Source of the DNA: Planctomycetota bacterium
Lineage (GTDB): Bacteria > Planctomycetota > Planctomycetia > Pirellulales > UBA7805
Direction of reading: 5' to 3'
Length of the DNA stretch: 43,903 bases
Assembly (NCBI GenBank): GCA_014237955.1
Contig: JABABY010000002.1
Location: forward strand, 1 to 43,903
Shown: positions 7,970 through 17,952 of the stretch, one piece after another
How positions within the stretch are numbered: the stretch's first letter is position 1
Layout of the letters: each line of letters begins with the position of its first letter
Translations under genes and position numbers: made by a program
Notes under the pieces: generated by a model
Databases searched by the model: none
What the model saw: only the letters and a program-made list of their open reading frames with translations
What the model was told of the DNA's origin: nothing

Positions 7970-9925
7970 TTAAAGTTTGGAGGAAGGATTTTCATTTTCA
8001 TATCCCATAAGTATCTCACCGGCATCCACTCCGGCGATCGACTTAAACCCGCCATCGGCTACTGTGGCACCGAGTTTGCTGACTGCACGAAAGTAGGAAT
8101 CATCCGGTGGTTTCCCCGAAAGACGATCTGTCAATTCGGTGCAAATCACGTCAGCCGCTGCCTGTAGGACCTCATCTTTTTTCCGAGCCGCAAAAAGAGA
8201 GGTGCATACAATGGTAAGCAAATCCTGGACATTTGCCGAGAGAGCGGCCATGCGACATTGCCGATCGGCCAATGCCAGTTGGTATTTCGACATTGTTTTG
8301 CTGATTGTCAGAGGCATTGTTTTCAGTTTGCTTGTGGCAAATTCAGCGTGCTGCCTGAGCGACGCCGGCATCTCCGGAAAAGAACTATTCTTGCTGAATC
8401 GCAGCTTTTGTTGAGTGAACCAACACAAATAGGGTGGCAGTGCCGACCGAAGTGCCCAGGCATGAGCCGGATTGAGCGGGTTTACCTTGCGAATGCTCGC
8501 TGCTTGCAGCGCTTTGCCGATAGGTTCAAAAAATTGTTTTCCATGCTGTTTGACCAACGATTTGAAGAAGGCCATTCCCAGCATTTCGCCCTCGCCTTCG
8601 TAAATACACGGCGCGAGAAATTCGTGCACATTGTCGCCAAAGAGATGCCCATGCAGAAAACTGCGTCCACCATGAGTTTTCATCAGTAATTCAATAGCAG
8701 CTTCTTTTTGCATTTCACTGCCTAAAATCTTTGCGATGATGCATTCCATTTCGCCACGGTATCCCTGATCGATCAGGCCACTGCACCAGGTCACCATGGC
8801 ATCACAGGCAACGATCATACCTGCCAAGCGTCCGAGCCGTCGCTGGACCAACTCTCGGGTGCAAATTCGCTGGCCATAGGTTTCCCTAAATTGTGTCCAG
8901 GGAATCATACTGGCCATCATGAGTCGCATTGATCCTGCAGCAGTCGCACAGAGTGCAACGCGGCCAAGATTCAGCCCATGATAGGCGATCGTGAGTCCAT
9001 CCCCCTTCGGAGGTTGCAATAAATTCCTTGCAGGAACCTTGAAATCGCGAAAGATAATTCCCAGATTGTGGGTGTGCTTGAGTGCGTAAAGGCCGTATTT
9101 GCGAAGCTGGAAGGAGTCATTTTCCTCAGGCGGTAAATCGACAATCAAAACAGCCGGCTCATCGTCAATGAGGCAGACCAATCCGATGGTGCGGCCCGGA
9201 ACCACGTTTGTAATGAAGAGTTTTTCTCCATTGACGATATATTCATCACCACGAAGTTCGGCGCGCGTTCGCAAAGCCGTCAAATCGGAACCCGCCCATG
9301 GTTCGGTGAGCGCAAAGGCGGATAACTTGTTGCCACTAGCCAAATCAGGCAGATAGCGGTCTTTTTGTTCCGTGGTTCCAAAAGTTCGAACTGGATCCAC
9401 CGCTCCGATGCAGCCGTGGACACTCGCCAACCCGGCAACGGTTGGATTGTGAATTGCCATCCGGGTTAGGAAGGATGCAAAGTTGGAAAACGAATCCCCG
9501 CTTCCTCCATATTGCTTGTCAACCAGTAATCCCCAATAACCAACATCTGCAAGATCGCGAAGAACAGAATCGGTAATTTTATTGTTGCCATCGAGCAGGG
9601 TGTTTGCATGTTTGTGAGAAGTGACAATTTCAACCGAACGGTCCATGACCGTTTTTGTGGCAAGAGGAGCCTCCGTGTCTTTGCTGGAAAAAAGATCAGA
9701 AGGAAACGTATGATCCCAGACAGCTCGATGTGCAGGGCTATTGACTGTTTGGTACTGAGGCGAAAAAAGGGCTTCTACTTGGTCATCGGCAAGGTCAATC
9801 GCTCCCGTTCGCCGCGCCTCGTCGGCACTTTTTCCACCAAGTTCCAGCGCGGTCTCGGCAAATGATTTTTCGATTTCTTTCGAATTTGAACCGGAACGAT
9901 CAGGACCAACAGTTTTTTTATCCAT
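7970..9925 (-). CDS. Acyl-CoA dehydrogenase, long form with N- and C-terminal extensions
   Basis: 651 aa. Family-typical motifs include LTEPWAGSDL, FITN, the catalytic-region IYEGEGEMLG, and GLLVDKQYGG. Confidence 0.9.
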   Translation of the reverse strand: MDKKTVGPDRSGSNSKEIEKSFAETALELGGKSADEARRTGAIDLADDQVEALFSPQYQTVNSPAHRAVWDHTFPSDLFSSKDTEAPLATKTVMDRSVEIVTSHKHANTLLDGNNKITDSVLRDLADVGYWGLLVDKQYGGSGDSFSNFASFLTRMAIHNPTVAGLASVHGCIGAVDPVRTFGTTEQKDRYLPDLASGNKLSAFALTEPWAGSDLTALRTRAELRGDEYIVNGEKLFITNVVPGRTIGLVCLIDDEPAVLIVDLPPEENDSFQLRKYGLYALKHTHNLGIIFRDFKVPARNLLQPPKGDGLTIAYHGLNLGRVALCATAAGSMRLMMASMIPWTQFRETYGQRICTRELVQRRLGRLAGMIVACDAMVTWCSGLIDQGYRGEMECIIAKILGSEMQKEAAIELLMKTHGGRSFLHGHLFGDNVHEFLAPCIYEGEGEMLGMAFFKSLVKQHGKQFFEPIGKALQAASIRKVNPLNPAHAWALRSALPPYLCWFTQQKLRFSKNSSFPEMPASLRQHAEFATSKLKTMPLTISKTMSKYQLALADRQCRMAALSANVQDLLTIVCTSLFAARKKDEVLQAAADVICTELTDRLSGKPPDDSYFRAVSKLGATVADGGFKSIAGVDAGEILMGYENENPSSKL

Positions 9926-10029
9926 GAAAGGGGCTGCCGAGGACTTCGAAGTGTCTAAAAATTATAACACGTCTTCTTGTAAGCGATATTGGGGAGAAAC
10001 AATTCCTCACGCCGTATCCCACTCTAAAT

Positions 10030-11718
10030 CTAAGAGGCATACACGCCACCAATTTCCACCTCAAAGTTTTTCAGAATGACATCTCGCCGGAGCTTGAGCG
10101 TTGGTGTCAGTTCGCCCATTTCGCTACTGAAGTCGCGATCAAGAAGTCGGAATTTGTGAATTTGTTCATGTGAAGCGAGGTTCTTGAGCCGCTGGGCTAA
10201 AGCGGTGCGATATACTTCTATAATTTGCGGATGCGAGCACACTTCTTCAGGAGAGCCAACAGCAAGACTGCGACGAACGATTTCCTCCCGCAATACCTTT
10301 GGATTGGGGACGATTAGAGCCGCCAATGAACTACGATCATTGCCAAATACAAAGGCTCTCGATATGAGCGGGATATCGACAAGCATTAATTCTATATTGA
10401 CTGGCGAAATATTTTTTCCGGTTGAAAGCACAATCATTTCTTTTTTGCGACCGGTGATCGTCAGATATCCGTCATCGCTGAGCGTACCGAGATCACCAGT
10501 ATGTAGCCAACCGTCACGAATGACTTCATTGGTTGCACTCGGATTATTGTAGTAGCCTTTCATGATGTGTGGCCCGCGAGTGAGAATTTCACCATCTGCA
10601 GCAATACGGATTTCGACATCACGCAGCGGTTTACCGACGGTGCCGCGGCGGTTTTCTTCCAATGTGGAGATGGTTATCACGGGTGATGTCTCAGTCAGAC
10701 CATATCCAGACAGAAGATCAATGTCCTGTCGCCAAAAGAATTCCTCAATGTGACTAGGTAATGCCGCTCCACCACTACAGCAGACGCGGATTCGCCCGCC
10801 AAGCAATTGATTGAGACTCCCAGGCGTTTTGGCGGAATCTTTTTCGGCCAGAGTTTGATAGAGTTTGTCAAAAAAATATGGGACGGCATTAAGAAGAGTC
10901 GGTTTTAGCTCCTGGCAGTTGTCCAGAATCTTTTCTCGATGTTCGGCAATTGCCAATTGACAACCACTGGCAATCCAACAGTAAAGGTCACAAGTACGGG
11001 CAAAAACATGACTCCATGGCAGTAGGCTCAGTCGCAGATCCTCAGGTTTCTGCCTGTTGTCGGCAAGAATGCCAAAAGTATTGGAGATCAAATTATGTTG
11101 GGTAAGCATGACTCCTTTAGGTTCGCCGGTGGTCCCCGATGTGTAGAGAATTGTTGCAACATCATCTCCGGATACTGGGTACTCACAGGACTCTCGACCT
11201 GCGGTGGGATGATCGGCCAATTCGTGACGCAGGTAAACGTTCTCGGACTTGGAATTCTGGGGAAGGAAATCTAAAAAGAGCCACTGTGTATCATGAAAAC
11301 AATCATCCAATAGCGAACTCATATCTTCATAGAGTTTGGCCGAAGAGAGAATCACTAACTGAGCACCGCTGTCAATGATTTGAAAGGCAATCTGGTTCAC
11401 AGACGACGTGGCATGGATGGGCACATGCACAGCGCCACATAATTGAATTGCGAGATCAAAAAGAATCCACTCATAACGATTTTCTGAAATCTGGATGACA
11501 CGCTGCCCGGGTTGGACACCCAGTCGGATCAACATGGATGCAGTGCGGCGCACTTCCTCACCGAGTGTTTGCCAACTCACCGCAACAAAAGATTCTCCAG
11601 AGTGAAAAAACAAAGCCTCGCGATCACCACAATGATCGACCTGTCTGAAGAAAAGATCAATAATTGTCTTTGTGTTGGTCCAGTCTGGTGTGGTGTGCGA
11701 CGAATCCATGGGGCGCAT
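10030..11718 (-). CDS. AMP-dependent acyl-CoA synthetase (long-chain fatty acid-CoA ligase type)
   Basis: 562 aa. It carries the AMP-binding signature LYTSGTTGEPKGVMLTQHN, plus GYGLTETS, GWLHTGDLG and the C-terminal KLRR motif. Confidence 0.9.
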   Translation of the reverse strand: MRPMDSSHTTPDWTNTKTIIDLFFRQVDHCGDREALFFHSGESFVAVSWQTLGEEVRRTASMLIRLGVQPGQRVIQISENRYEWILFDLAIQLCGAVHVPIHATSSVNQIAFQIIDSGAQLVILSSAKLYEDMSSLLDDCFHDTQWLFLDFLPQNSKSENVYLRHELADHPTAGRESCEYPVSGDDVATILYTSGTTGEPKGVMLTQHNLISNTFGILADNRQKPEDLRLSLLPWSHVFARTCDLYCWIASGCQLAIAEHREKILDNCQELKPTLLNAVPYFFDKLYQTLAEKDSAKTPGSLNQLLGGRIRVCCSGGAALPSHIEEFFWRQDIDLLSGYGLTETSPVITISTLEENRRGTVGKPLRDVEIRIAADGEILTRGPHIMKGYYNNPSATNEVIRDGWLHTGDLGTLSDDGYLTITGRKKEMIVLSTGKNISPVNIELMLVDIPLISRAFVFGNDRSSLAALIVPNPKVLREEIVRRSLAVGSPEEVCSHPQIIEVYRTALAQRLKNLASHEQIHKFRLLDRDFSSEMGELTPTLKLRRDVILKNFEVEIGGVYAS

Positions 11719-11844
11719 CCAGACGGGGCTTGATTAACGGTAAAGAAATTTGCAATCTCAGGATTGTATTCACGGCTCGTCAAGCGGCAGTCCTCAAACT
11801 AGGAGAGAGTGTTTTGCCGGCAGAGAGCAAACAACAATGTACCG

Positions 11845-13008
11845 CTAGAGGGACATGTTTTCAAAAATAGTGGCGATTCCTTGGCCGACTCCGATGCACA
11901 TGGTTGCCAAGCCATAACGAGCATCGCGATCAATCATGTTGTGAATGAGCGTTGTGGCAATCCGAGCACCGCTCGCGCCGAGTGGGTGTCCAATCGCAAT
12001 CGCGCCACCACGGACGTTGACGCGATCGGGATCGACCTCCATCATTTGCATGCACGCGAGAGCCTGTGCCGCAAACGCTTCGTTCAGCTCGATCAAATCG
12101 ATATCTTTAAGTTCGAGATTGGCACGTCGCAAGGCTTTTTTCGTGGCAGGAACGGGACCGGTGCCCATCACACAAGGATCGACCCCAGCGACTGCTGTTG
12201 CGACTATGCGTACCATCGGTTTGAGCCGGAGTTGCTCGGCCTTAGTATCGGACATAATAAGCAGTGCCGCGGCGCCATCGTTCAATGGCGAACTGTTGCC
12301 GGCAGTCACGGTTCCTATGCCGGGCATGAACGCGGGTTTCAATGCAGCAAGGGCTTCCTCGCTGGTATCGGGCCTTACGCACTGGTCATAATCACAGAGC
12401 AGCCGGTGCCCCTCCTCATCTTTTCCCCAGGTGGGAATAATTTCTCTTGAAAATTCACCGTTTGCCGTGGCCTCTGCCGCCAAATGATGGCTTCGCAACG
12501 CGAATGCGTCTTGCTGCTCGCGCGTAATAGAGTGCATTTGAGCTAAAAATTCTGCAGTAACACCCATCATCAGGGCGCCTTTGCTCGTGCGCCTAAAAAG
12601 TTTTGGATTGATATCGAAATCTTTGTCCATCGGAATATGGTGCATGTGTTCCAGGCCGCCAGCAATCTGGACATCTTCAAATCCAGACATAATGGCGTGT
12701 GCTCCCTGATTGAGTGCCTGTAGGCTGCTACCACAAAGACGATTGACGGTGACCCCACCAGCATGGACGGGCAATCCCGCCATGAGTCCCACGTTACGGG
12801 CAACACAGAAACCTTGTTCACCCTGTTGTTGGGTGTTTCCCATCAAGACATCTTCAATTTCTTGAATGTCGATTTCTGTACGGTCAACAAGTCCTTCAAC
12901 GACGCTCACCGCCAGATCGTCACTGCGAACAGAGCGAAAAAATCCCTTTTCGGGATGGGCCCGGCCTATCGGCGTCCGCGCACAATCGATAACAACGGCA
13001 CTGTTCAC
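11845..13008 (-). CDS. Acetyl-CoA C-acyltransferase (thiolase)
   Basis: 387 aa. It has the active-site Cys context VNRLCGSSLQAL, plus NEAFAAQ, GGAIAIGHPLGASGARI and the C-terminal CIGVGQGIA. Confidence 0.92.
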   Translation of the reverse strand: MNSAVVIDCARTPIGRAHPEKGFFRSVRSDDLAVSVVEGLVDRTEIDIQEIEDVLMGNTQQQGEQGFCVARNVGLMAGLPVHAGGVTVNRLCGSSLQALNQGAHAIMSGFEDVQIAGGLEHMHHIPMDKDFDINPKLFRRTSKGALMMGVTAEFLAQMHSITREQQDAFALRSHHLAAEATANGEFSREIIPTWGKDEEGHRLLCDYDQCVRPDTSEEALAALKPAFMPGIGTVTAGNSSPLNDGAAALLIMSDTKAEQLRLKPMVRIVATAVAGVDPCVMGTGPVPATKKALRRANLELKDIDLIELNEAFAAQALACMQMMEVDPDRVNVRGGAIAIGHPLGASGARIATTLIHNMIDRDARYGLATMCIGVGQGIATIFENMSL

Positions 13009-13147
13009 TTTAGACGGCCTCAGAAATACGAAAATGTGAAGGGTGGTTTCCGAGCAAGCTTCTACTATACGGATTTGTCTCTTCTCTGGCCAGCGAGTGA
13101 CCGGTAAGCGACAATGGCCATTTCAAGGATTCGATCTATCCTGCCCG

Positions 13148-13972
13148 TCAGCAATCCCGCGACCGCACGATGATTTCACCGCGCCCCCCCTCGATGAGGT
13201 CACCATGATAAAGGTCATAGCTACGAGTAAGAAACTCGGTGTCCACCGAAAATCCCCGTAATCGAAGTTTCCGAAGAGCGATTTGCAGATACAAGGGATC
13301 GAACGTAGTCGCGCGGCAAAAAGTAGGTAATAGCGAGGGGGGATCGTGCCCAAATAAACCGATCGTTCCGCGGCGCATAGCAGCGCCGGGCCGTATACCG
13401 CTGTTGCCAAAAACAAAAATATTGCCCGCTATCATGTTGAAGCCAACCATATCACCGCAATGACCTCCGACGGCCAACATGCCCCTCCGCATGCTGTGGC
13501 CAATTTCATTGCCAACATCCTCATCAATCAAAATGGTCCCTGCGGTCATGCCCCGCGCGCTACCACGGTAGGCGGCTCCAATCAGATGTCCCGCACTTCC
13601 TTTGATGTGGATGAATCCACCATGCATCTCACCACCCACCCAATCTCCAGCGTTTCCTTCGACATATATTTCTCCGCCGGTCATTTGGCTGCCAATATGG
13701 CGTCCGGCATCGCCGACCACGCGGATTGTTCCAGAATCCATTCCAGCCCCGATCCAATGCACCCCGGAAAGGTCCCCGTCAAAGATCACCTCGCCATCAT
13801 CTGGCGACCCGGACACGCGGAAAAATTCACCTAACGGCGACTTGCGGTTTCCATGAAAAATCTCAAACAATTCAATTTCTTTAACGGAAGTATCGCAGAG
13901 CGCAGCCGGCAACAGCCCTTCGACTTCTACGGGGATGGCGGTTTGACCGGTGTATGTTAGTGTGAGTGCCAT
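13148..13972 (-). CDS. Formylmethanofuran dehydrogenase / formyltransferase-hydrolase complex subunit C (GXGXG repeat protein)
   Basis: I prefer the ATG at 13972 (MALTLTYTGQ...) over the ORF-track start at 14062. The sequence shows a GXGXG-type beta-helix repeat series, GDAGRHIGSQMTGGEIYVEGNAGDWVGGEMHGGFIHIKGSAGHLIG... I cannot tell Fhc from Fwd/Fmd by eye. Confidence 0.8.
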   Translation of the reverse strand: MALTLTYTGQTAIPVEVEGLLPAALCDTSVKEIELFEIFHGNRKSPLGEFFRVSGSPDDGEVIFDGDLSGVHWIGAGMDSGTIRVVGDAGRHIGSQMTGGEIYVEGNAGDWVGGEMHGGFIHIKGSAGHLIGAAYRGSARGMTAGTILIDEDVGNEIGHSMRRGMLAVGGHCGDMVGFNMIAGNIFVFGNSGIRPGAAMRRGTIGLFGHDPPSLLPTFCRATTFDPLYLQIALRKLRLRGFSVDTEFLTRSYDLYHGDLIEGGRGEIIVRSRDC

Positions 13973-14108
13973 CGTCGGAAGGAAAAAGTAGTATGGAATA
14001 TGGGCCAAGAATGGATTTACAAATTGTAGATAAATTGGTTCCCGCAGAAAAGTGATGCACAAAGATTATGTATCGATCGGTAGTGAAAATATCGGGTAGC
14101 GGCACAAT

Positions 14109-14753
14109 ATGAGACGCTCGGGAATTGTTCTTTGCGGCGGTCAGAGCACGCGGATGGGCGTACCGAAGGCGTTGCTGCCCTTTGGTGATGAGTTGATGTT
14201 GCAGCGTGTAGTCCGGATTTTGAGTGGAGTTGTCGATTCGGTAGTCATCGTCGCTGCCACCACCCAGCAATTGCCCCCCTTGGATGGAAAGATCGAAGTA
14301 GCTCGCGATCGCAGGGAAGGTTGCGGCCCGCTCGAAGGATTGAGGGTTGGTTTGACGACGCTGCAAGATAAAGCCGATCTTGTCTATGTGACAGGCTGTG
14401 ACGCCCCCTTCTTGCACCCCGGATTTATCGAGCGACTCTTTGCACTACTCGGTGACTTTAGTGTGGCGGTACCCCATGAAAAGTCGTTCTATCACCCTCT
14501 TGCGGCCGTTTATCGCTGCAGCGTTCTTAAAGAGATAGAACAATTGATCGCTGCCGATCGGATGCGCCCTGCCTTTCTCTTCAACCAAGTTTCTACGCGG
14601 AAAGTATCGCCAGAAGAATGGCAGGATGTCGATCCCGATTCAAATACATTGAGAAATATCAATCATCCCACAGACTATTTTGAGGCGCTGCAGATCGCTG
14701 GCTTGACGGCGCCTCCTGAAGTGTTGGCAGCTTTAGACCATTCCACAAAGTAA
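14109..14753 (+). CDS. mobA: Molybdenum cofactor guanylyltransferase
   Basis: 214 aa. The N-terminal GIVLCGGQSTRMGVPKALLPF matches the MobA nucleotide-binding signature (LAGGxxxRMG). The size is also typical. Confidence 0.85.
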   Translation: MRRSGIVLCGGQSTRMGVPKALLPFGDELMLQRVVRILSGVVDSVVIVAATTQQLPPLDGKIEVARDRREGCGPLEGLRVGLTTLQDKADLVYVTGCDAPFLHPGFIERLFALLGDFSVAVPHEKSFYHPLAAVYRCSVLKEIEQLIAADRMRPAFLFNQVSTRKVSPEEWQDVDPDSNTLRNINHPTDYFEALQIAGLTAPPEVLAALDHSTK

Positions 14754-14770
14754 AACCTAAAGGATGGCAG

Positions 14771-16441
14771 TCAGTTGGAGTGGCGATTATTTGGCCGACA
14801 ATCGATTTTTTGTGGAGCTTCGAGGTAGCCATTCCCCACAGGATAATTGCGAAATCGGATTGAATAGAATTTTTCAAACCATTCGGCAATATCTGATTCT
14901 CTTTCGGGATCGTATTCGGGTTCTACATGCAAGGTAGAACCACTGGGCGTCGCTCGCAGTTCGGTGTCCTCGACAACCACCTCACCCTGCTTAATGACAT
15001 AGCGGGGCAATTCAAACATCGTTTCTTTGTTTTCGTGAGGGACATAGATTGTCACATCAGCATCGGCCCCCACTCCTAGATGTCCCTTGTTTGTAAGCCC
15101 TAAAATTCGAGCTGGCCCTGCTCGTGTAATGATGGCGATCTCGCCGAGCGAGTATTCGCGATCGATGTCGGGAAAATGACAACGACTTCGGACAGCCGGA
15201 TGACATTCTTTGAGCATGTCGTTACGAAAGGTACGATCCATCAACATACGGACGATTTTCGGATAGGCTCGGAAGGAGGCCCCGTTGGGGTGGTCGGTGC
15301 TCATCACCACTTTCCACGGGTCGTTAACCATCAGATACCAGTCAAGTCCGATACCCCACTGCAACGAATGAACCAGACTTTTGTTGCGATATTTGATTGG
15401 AGCAATACCGCACCCAGCTTCCATTTCTGTGTCGCCACTGAACCATTTGCTCCCGTACACATTCGCCAGAAAATAGCCAAGGGGCCCATCTCCGGTCATA
15501 CTGGTCGTTTCCCCGAACATTACTTGTCCGACATCAATCGTAAGATTGTCATGTCCATTGACATAGTCGGCTAATGGAGCCACTTTGGAGTTGAATGTGT
15601 TTTCATCTCCCTCGCCGCCCCCGTAACTGTGGAATTGAATGTGTGTGAGGTGGCCCCGGTTGCCCTCGAGTGCTTTCATGGTCTCAAGGGTCGTCTCCCA
15701 GTTGCCGGGCATGCCCAGATTATTGCAATGGATATGGACCGGATGAGGCAGGCCGAGTCGGTTCCCTGCGGCGGCAATCCCGCGGATAATCTGACGTGGT
15801 GTGATTGAAAAATGATCAACCTCGGTATCGAGACCCGATACATTGCCGCCTTGTTGTTGTTTCCAAACCTCAACTCCCCCCGGATTCACCAACTTAGGTG
15901 CATATCCTTTGGCGGCACCAAGCAACCAGGCCAAAAAGGCGTCGAGGCGATCTGGCTCGCCATCATGGATCGATTGCATGGCATAGTGGTTGTTCCCCAC
16001 GAGCACAAAGAATCCTTTATCTAAACAAGGTGTATCTTCAAATTCTTCGTGTACATGGCGGGCATCGAGTGGTGGGATTGCGGCGTCAAAAGCGGTTGTG
16101 TATCCCAGGCCGGCATAGGTATAGCCAGTGGCAAAGGTACTCGGCGCGCTACCCATGGTGCCGCTGTGGGTGGTCGCCGTGCGATGGATTTTGGTATCCG
16201 CACGCTTTTCCTCCGGCCGCATCTTTCGCGCCACATTTACTTTCGGTCCGGCAATGTGGCAATGCATGTCGATACCCCCGGGCATCACCACCATCCCCGT
16301 GGCGTCGATAGTTTGCGTCGGTCGCGTGGCACGATCGGTCGGTGCTTCGATAAATCGACCCTCGCTGATCCAGAGATCACCGACTTTCCCGTCAATGCCG
16401 TTGGCCGGGTCGTAGATTGTTCCACCAGATATTTTGAGCAT
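14771..16441 (-). CDS. Formylmethanofuran dehydrogenase / Fhc complex subunit A (amidohydrolase fold)
   Basis: 556 aa. The N-terminus MLKISGGTIYDPANGIDG and the metal-site context GGIDMHCHIAGPKV are typical of FwdA/FhcA-type amidohydrolases. Confidence 0.85.
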   Translation of the reverse strand: MLKISGGTIYDPANGIDGKVGDLWISEGRFIEAPTDRATRPTQTIDATGMVVMPGGIDMHCHIAGPKVNVARKMRPEEKRADTKIHRTATTHSGTMGSAPSTFATGYTYAGLGYTTAFDAAIPPLDARHVHEEFEDTPCLDKGFFVLVGNNHYAMQSIHDGEPDRLDAFLAWLLGAAKGYAPKLVNPGGVEVWKQQQGGNVSGLDTEVDHFSITPRQIIRGIAAAGNRLGLPHPVHIHCNNLGMPGNWETTLETMKALEGNRGHLTHIQFHSYGGGEGDENTFNSKVAPLADYVNGHDNLTIDVGQVMFGETTSMTGDGPLGYFLANVYGSKWFSGDTEMEAGCGIAPIKYRNKSLVHSLQWGIGLDWYLMVNDPWKVVMSTDHPNGASFRAYPKIVRMLMDRTFRNDMLKECHPAVRSRCHFPDIDREYSLGEIAIITRAGPARILGLTNKGHLGVGADADVTIYVPHENKETMFELPRYVIKQGEVVVEDTELRATPSGSTLHVEPEYDPERESDIAEWFEKFYSIRFRNYPVGNGYLEAPQKIDCRPNNRHSN

Positions 16442-16549
16442 GAAAATACTAGAGTCAGGAAGCAGTGAATAACGAGTGAGTGAAGTTATCTGTGGAGAGG
16501 GGCTTGGGGGATGACAGACGAATACAGTAAGCTGATCGCTGTTTCATAT

Positions 16550-16564
16550 TGAATTGTAAATTCA
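16550..16564. promoter_or_regulatory. 15-bp palindrome in the divergent fhcA/dinB promoter region (candidate operator)
   Basis: TGAATT-GTA-AATTCA, with 6-bp arms, sits 25 nt upstream of the DinB-family ATG. This is a sequence observation only. Confidence 0.2.
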
Positions 16565-16588
16565 CAATGTTGTTTCGCCCAGTCGCGC

Positions 16589-17092
16589 ATGCAAAATATT
16601 TTAGAGATACCACTACAAAAAATCTGCAGTGCTCGAGAGTATACGCTTTCGCTTCTTGAGGACCTAGAGCCTGAAGACTGGTTTAGGATGCCACAGGAAG
16701 GCGTGACACATATTGCCTGGCAGGCGGGCCATATTGCGATGGCGCAGTTCCGGCTCTGCCTTGAGAGATTGAGAAATCTGCAGCCTGGGGACTGGGATTT
16801 GATTCCAAAAGAGTTTTTGAAGTCTTTTGGTAAGGGCACGACACCTTCTGCAGATCGCAGTCTTTATCCGGAAGGGACAGAAATACTGGCCGTGATGTGT
16901 CGAGTCCACGAGGCGGTACGTATTGAAGTTCCGAAATATGCGGCAACAGATTTGACAACACCACTTCGCAATCCCCATCCGATTTTCAAGACCAAACTCG
17001 AAGCCCTTAGTTTCTGTGCCCAGCACGAGATGTTACATGCTGGACAGATTGGCTTGTTGCGCCGGCTGATTGGAAAATCTCCGGTCCGATAA
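16589..17092 (+). CDS. DinB-family (DinB_2-like) metal-dependent protein
   Basis: 167 aa. The spaced His motifs (HIAWQAGHIAMAQ ... HEAV ... HEMLHAGQIGLLRR) are characteristic of the DinB/YfiT four-helix bundle. Confidence 0.75.
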   Translation: MQNILEIPLQKICSAREYTLSLLEDLEPEDWFRMPQEGVTHIAWQAGHIAMAQFRLCLERLRNLQPGDWDLIPKEFLKSFGKGTTPSADRSLYPEGTEILAVMCRVHEAVRIEVPKYAATDLTTPLRNPHPIFKTKLEALSFCAQHEMLHAGQIGLLRRLIGKSPVR

Positions 17093-17587
17093 ATGGCTGT
17101 TGGTAAAGCCGGGACAGGGGGCCGCCCATCGCAAAAATTGAGAACCAAAAAGCCCCTTTCAAATACTTTTCTTCAGGAACAGTATTGATCGCATTGTCCC
17201 ACTCCCGCTTTTTGATGCCGTCTGTTTGAGTTGGGCTGTCGGTCGGGAGTACGTAAATTAGCTAAAGAGGCTGGCAGTGGCGTTTTGATGCTCTTGAAGT
17301 AGAGTCCGCAATTCGCGGAGACCACCCTATATCCGTGTTTTTGAGAGACTCGTCCAAATCCTTATGTTCCAGGGACTTGAGGTGTTACCGGTCCCAAAGC
17401 GGAGTCCATTCGGGGGATGGAATGTTCGCCCCGAACCAGCCCGTTTCTAGAGTGGGTCAGCCATTAGGGAGGTACGTTGACGAGGATTACCCTCTCGCTA
17501 AAATATGGGAACCCTACTGTGGGGTTAGACTCGATTTAGTTTGAATCGGGTAATGTCGGAGAGTTATTTTTTTGAGGGATTTGAATA

Positions 17588-17791
17588 ATGGCTGAAGGTA
17601 CGGTTAAACGATTGACAGACAAGGGATACGGCTTTATTGACACCGGTGGGGGGCCAGGGACGGACATGTTTTTCCACTCGTCAAATGTCGAGGGCGTTTC
17701 GTACGACGAACTAACCGAAGGACAACGGGTTTCTTACACGGAAGGTAAGGGTCCAAAAGGTCCACGTGCTGAAAACGTAACACCTGTATAA
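17588..17791 (+). CDS. Cold-shock protein (CspA family)
   Basis: 67 aa. It has the RNP1-like KGYGFI and RNP2-like FFHSS motifs. GAGGGA lies 8 nt upstream of the ATG. Confidence 0.95.
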   Translation: MAEGTVKRLTDKGYGFIDTGGGPGTDMFFHSSNVEGVSYDELTEGQRVSYTEGKGPKGPRAENVTPV

Positions 17792-17881
17792 TTTTGATTG
17801 CTGTAGTACCGCAGCCACCGCGACACAGCGAGAGATGGCGAAGATAGCGAAAGCTGGTCGCATCTTCTGTTTCCGTGTTTA

Positions 17882-17906
17882 GTGCGCTTTCGTTGCGCGC
17901 TTTTTT
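17882..17906 (+). terminator. Rho-independent terminator after the cold-shock gene
   Basis: GTGCGC (17882-17887) pairs with GCGCGC (17895-17900), one pair being G-U, around a 7-nt loop. TTTTTT follows at 17901-17906. Confidence 0.55.
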
Positions 17907-17952
17907 GTGTCATCGCGGTTTTCCCTCCACTGGACTGTAAGTATTTAAGGCG

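Noticed and set aside
17335-17544. 69-aa ORF in the cold-shock leader, and a 62-aa ORF at 21590..21778 (minus) in the HAD/kinase spacer.
   Set aside because: I saw no ribosome-binding site, and no signal peptide or family motif. They are more likely non-coding leader or spacer sequence.
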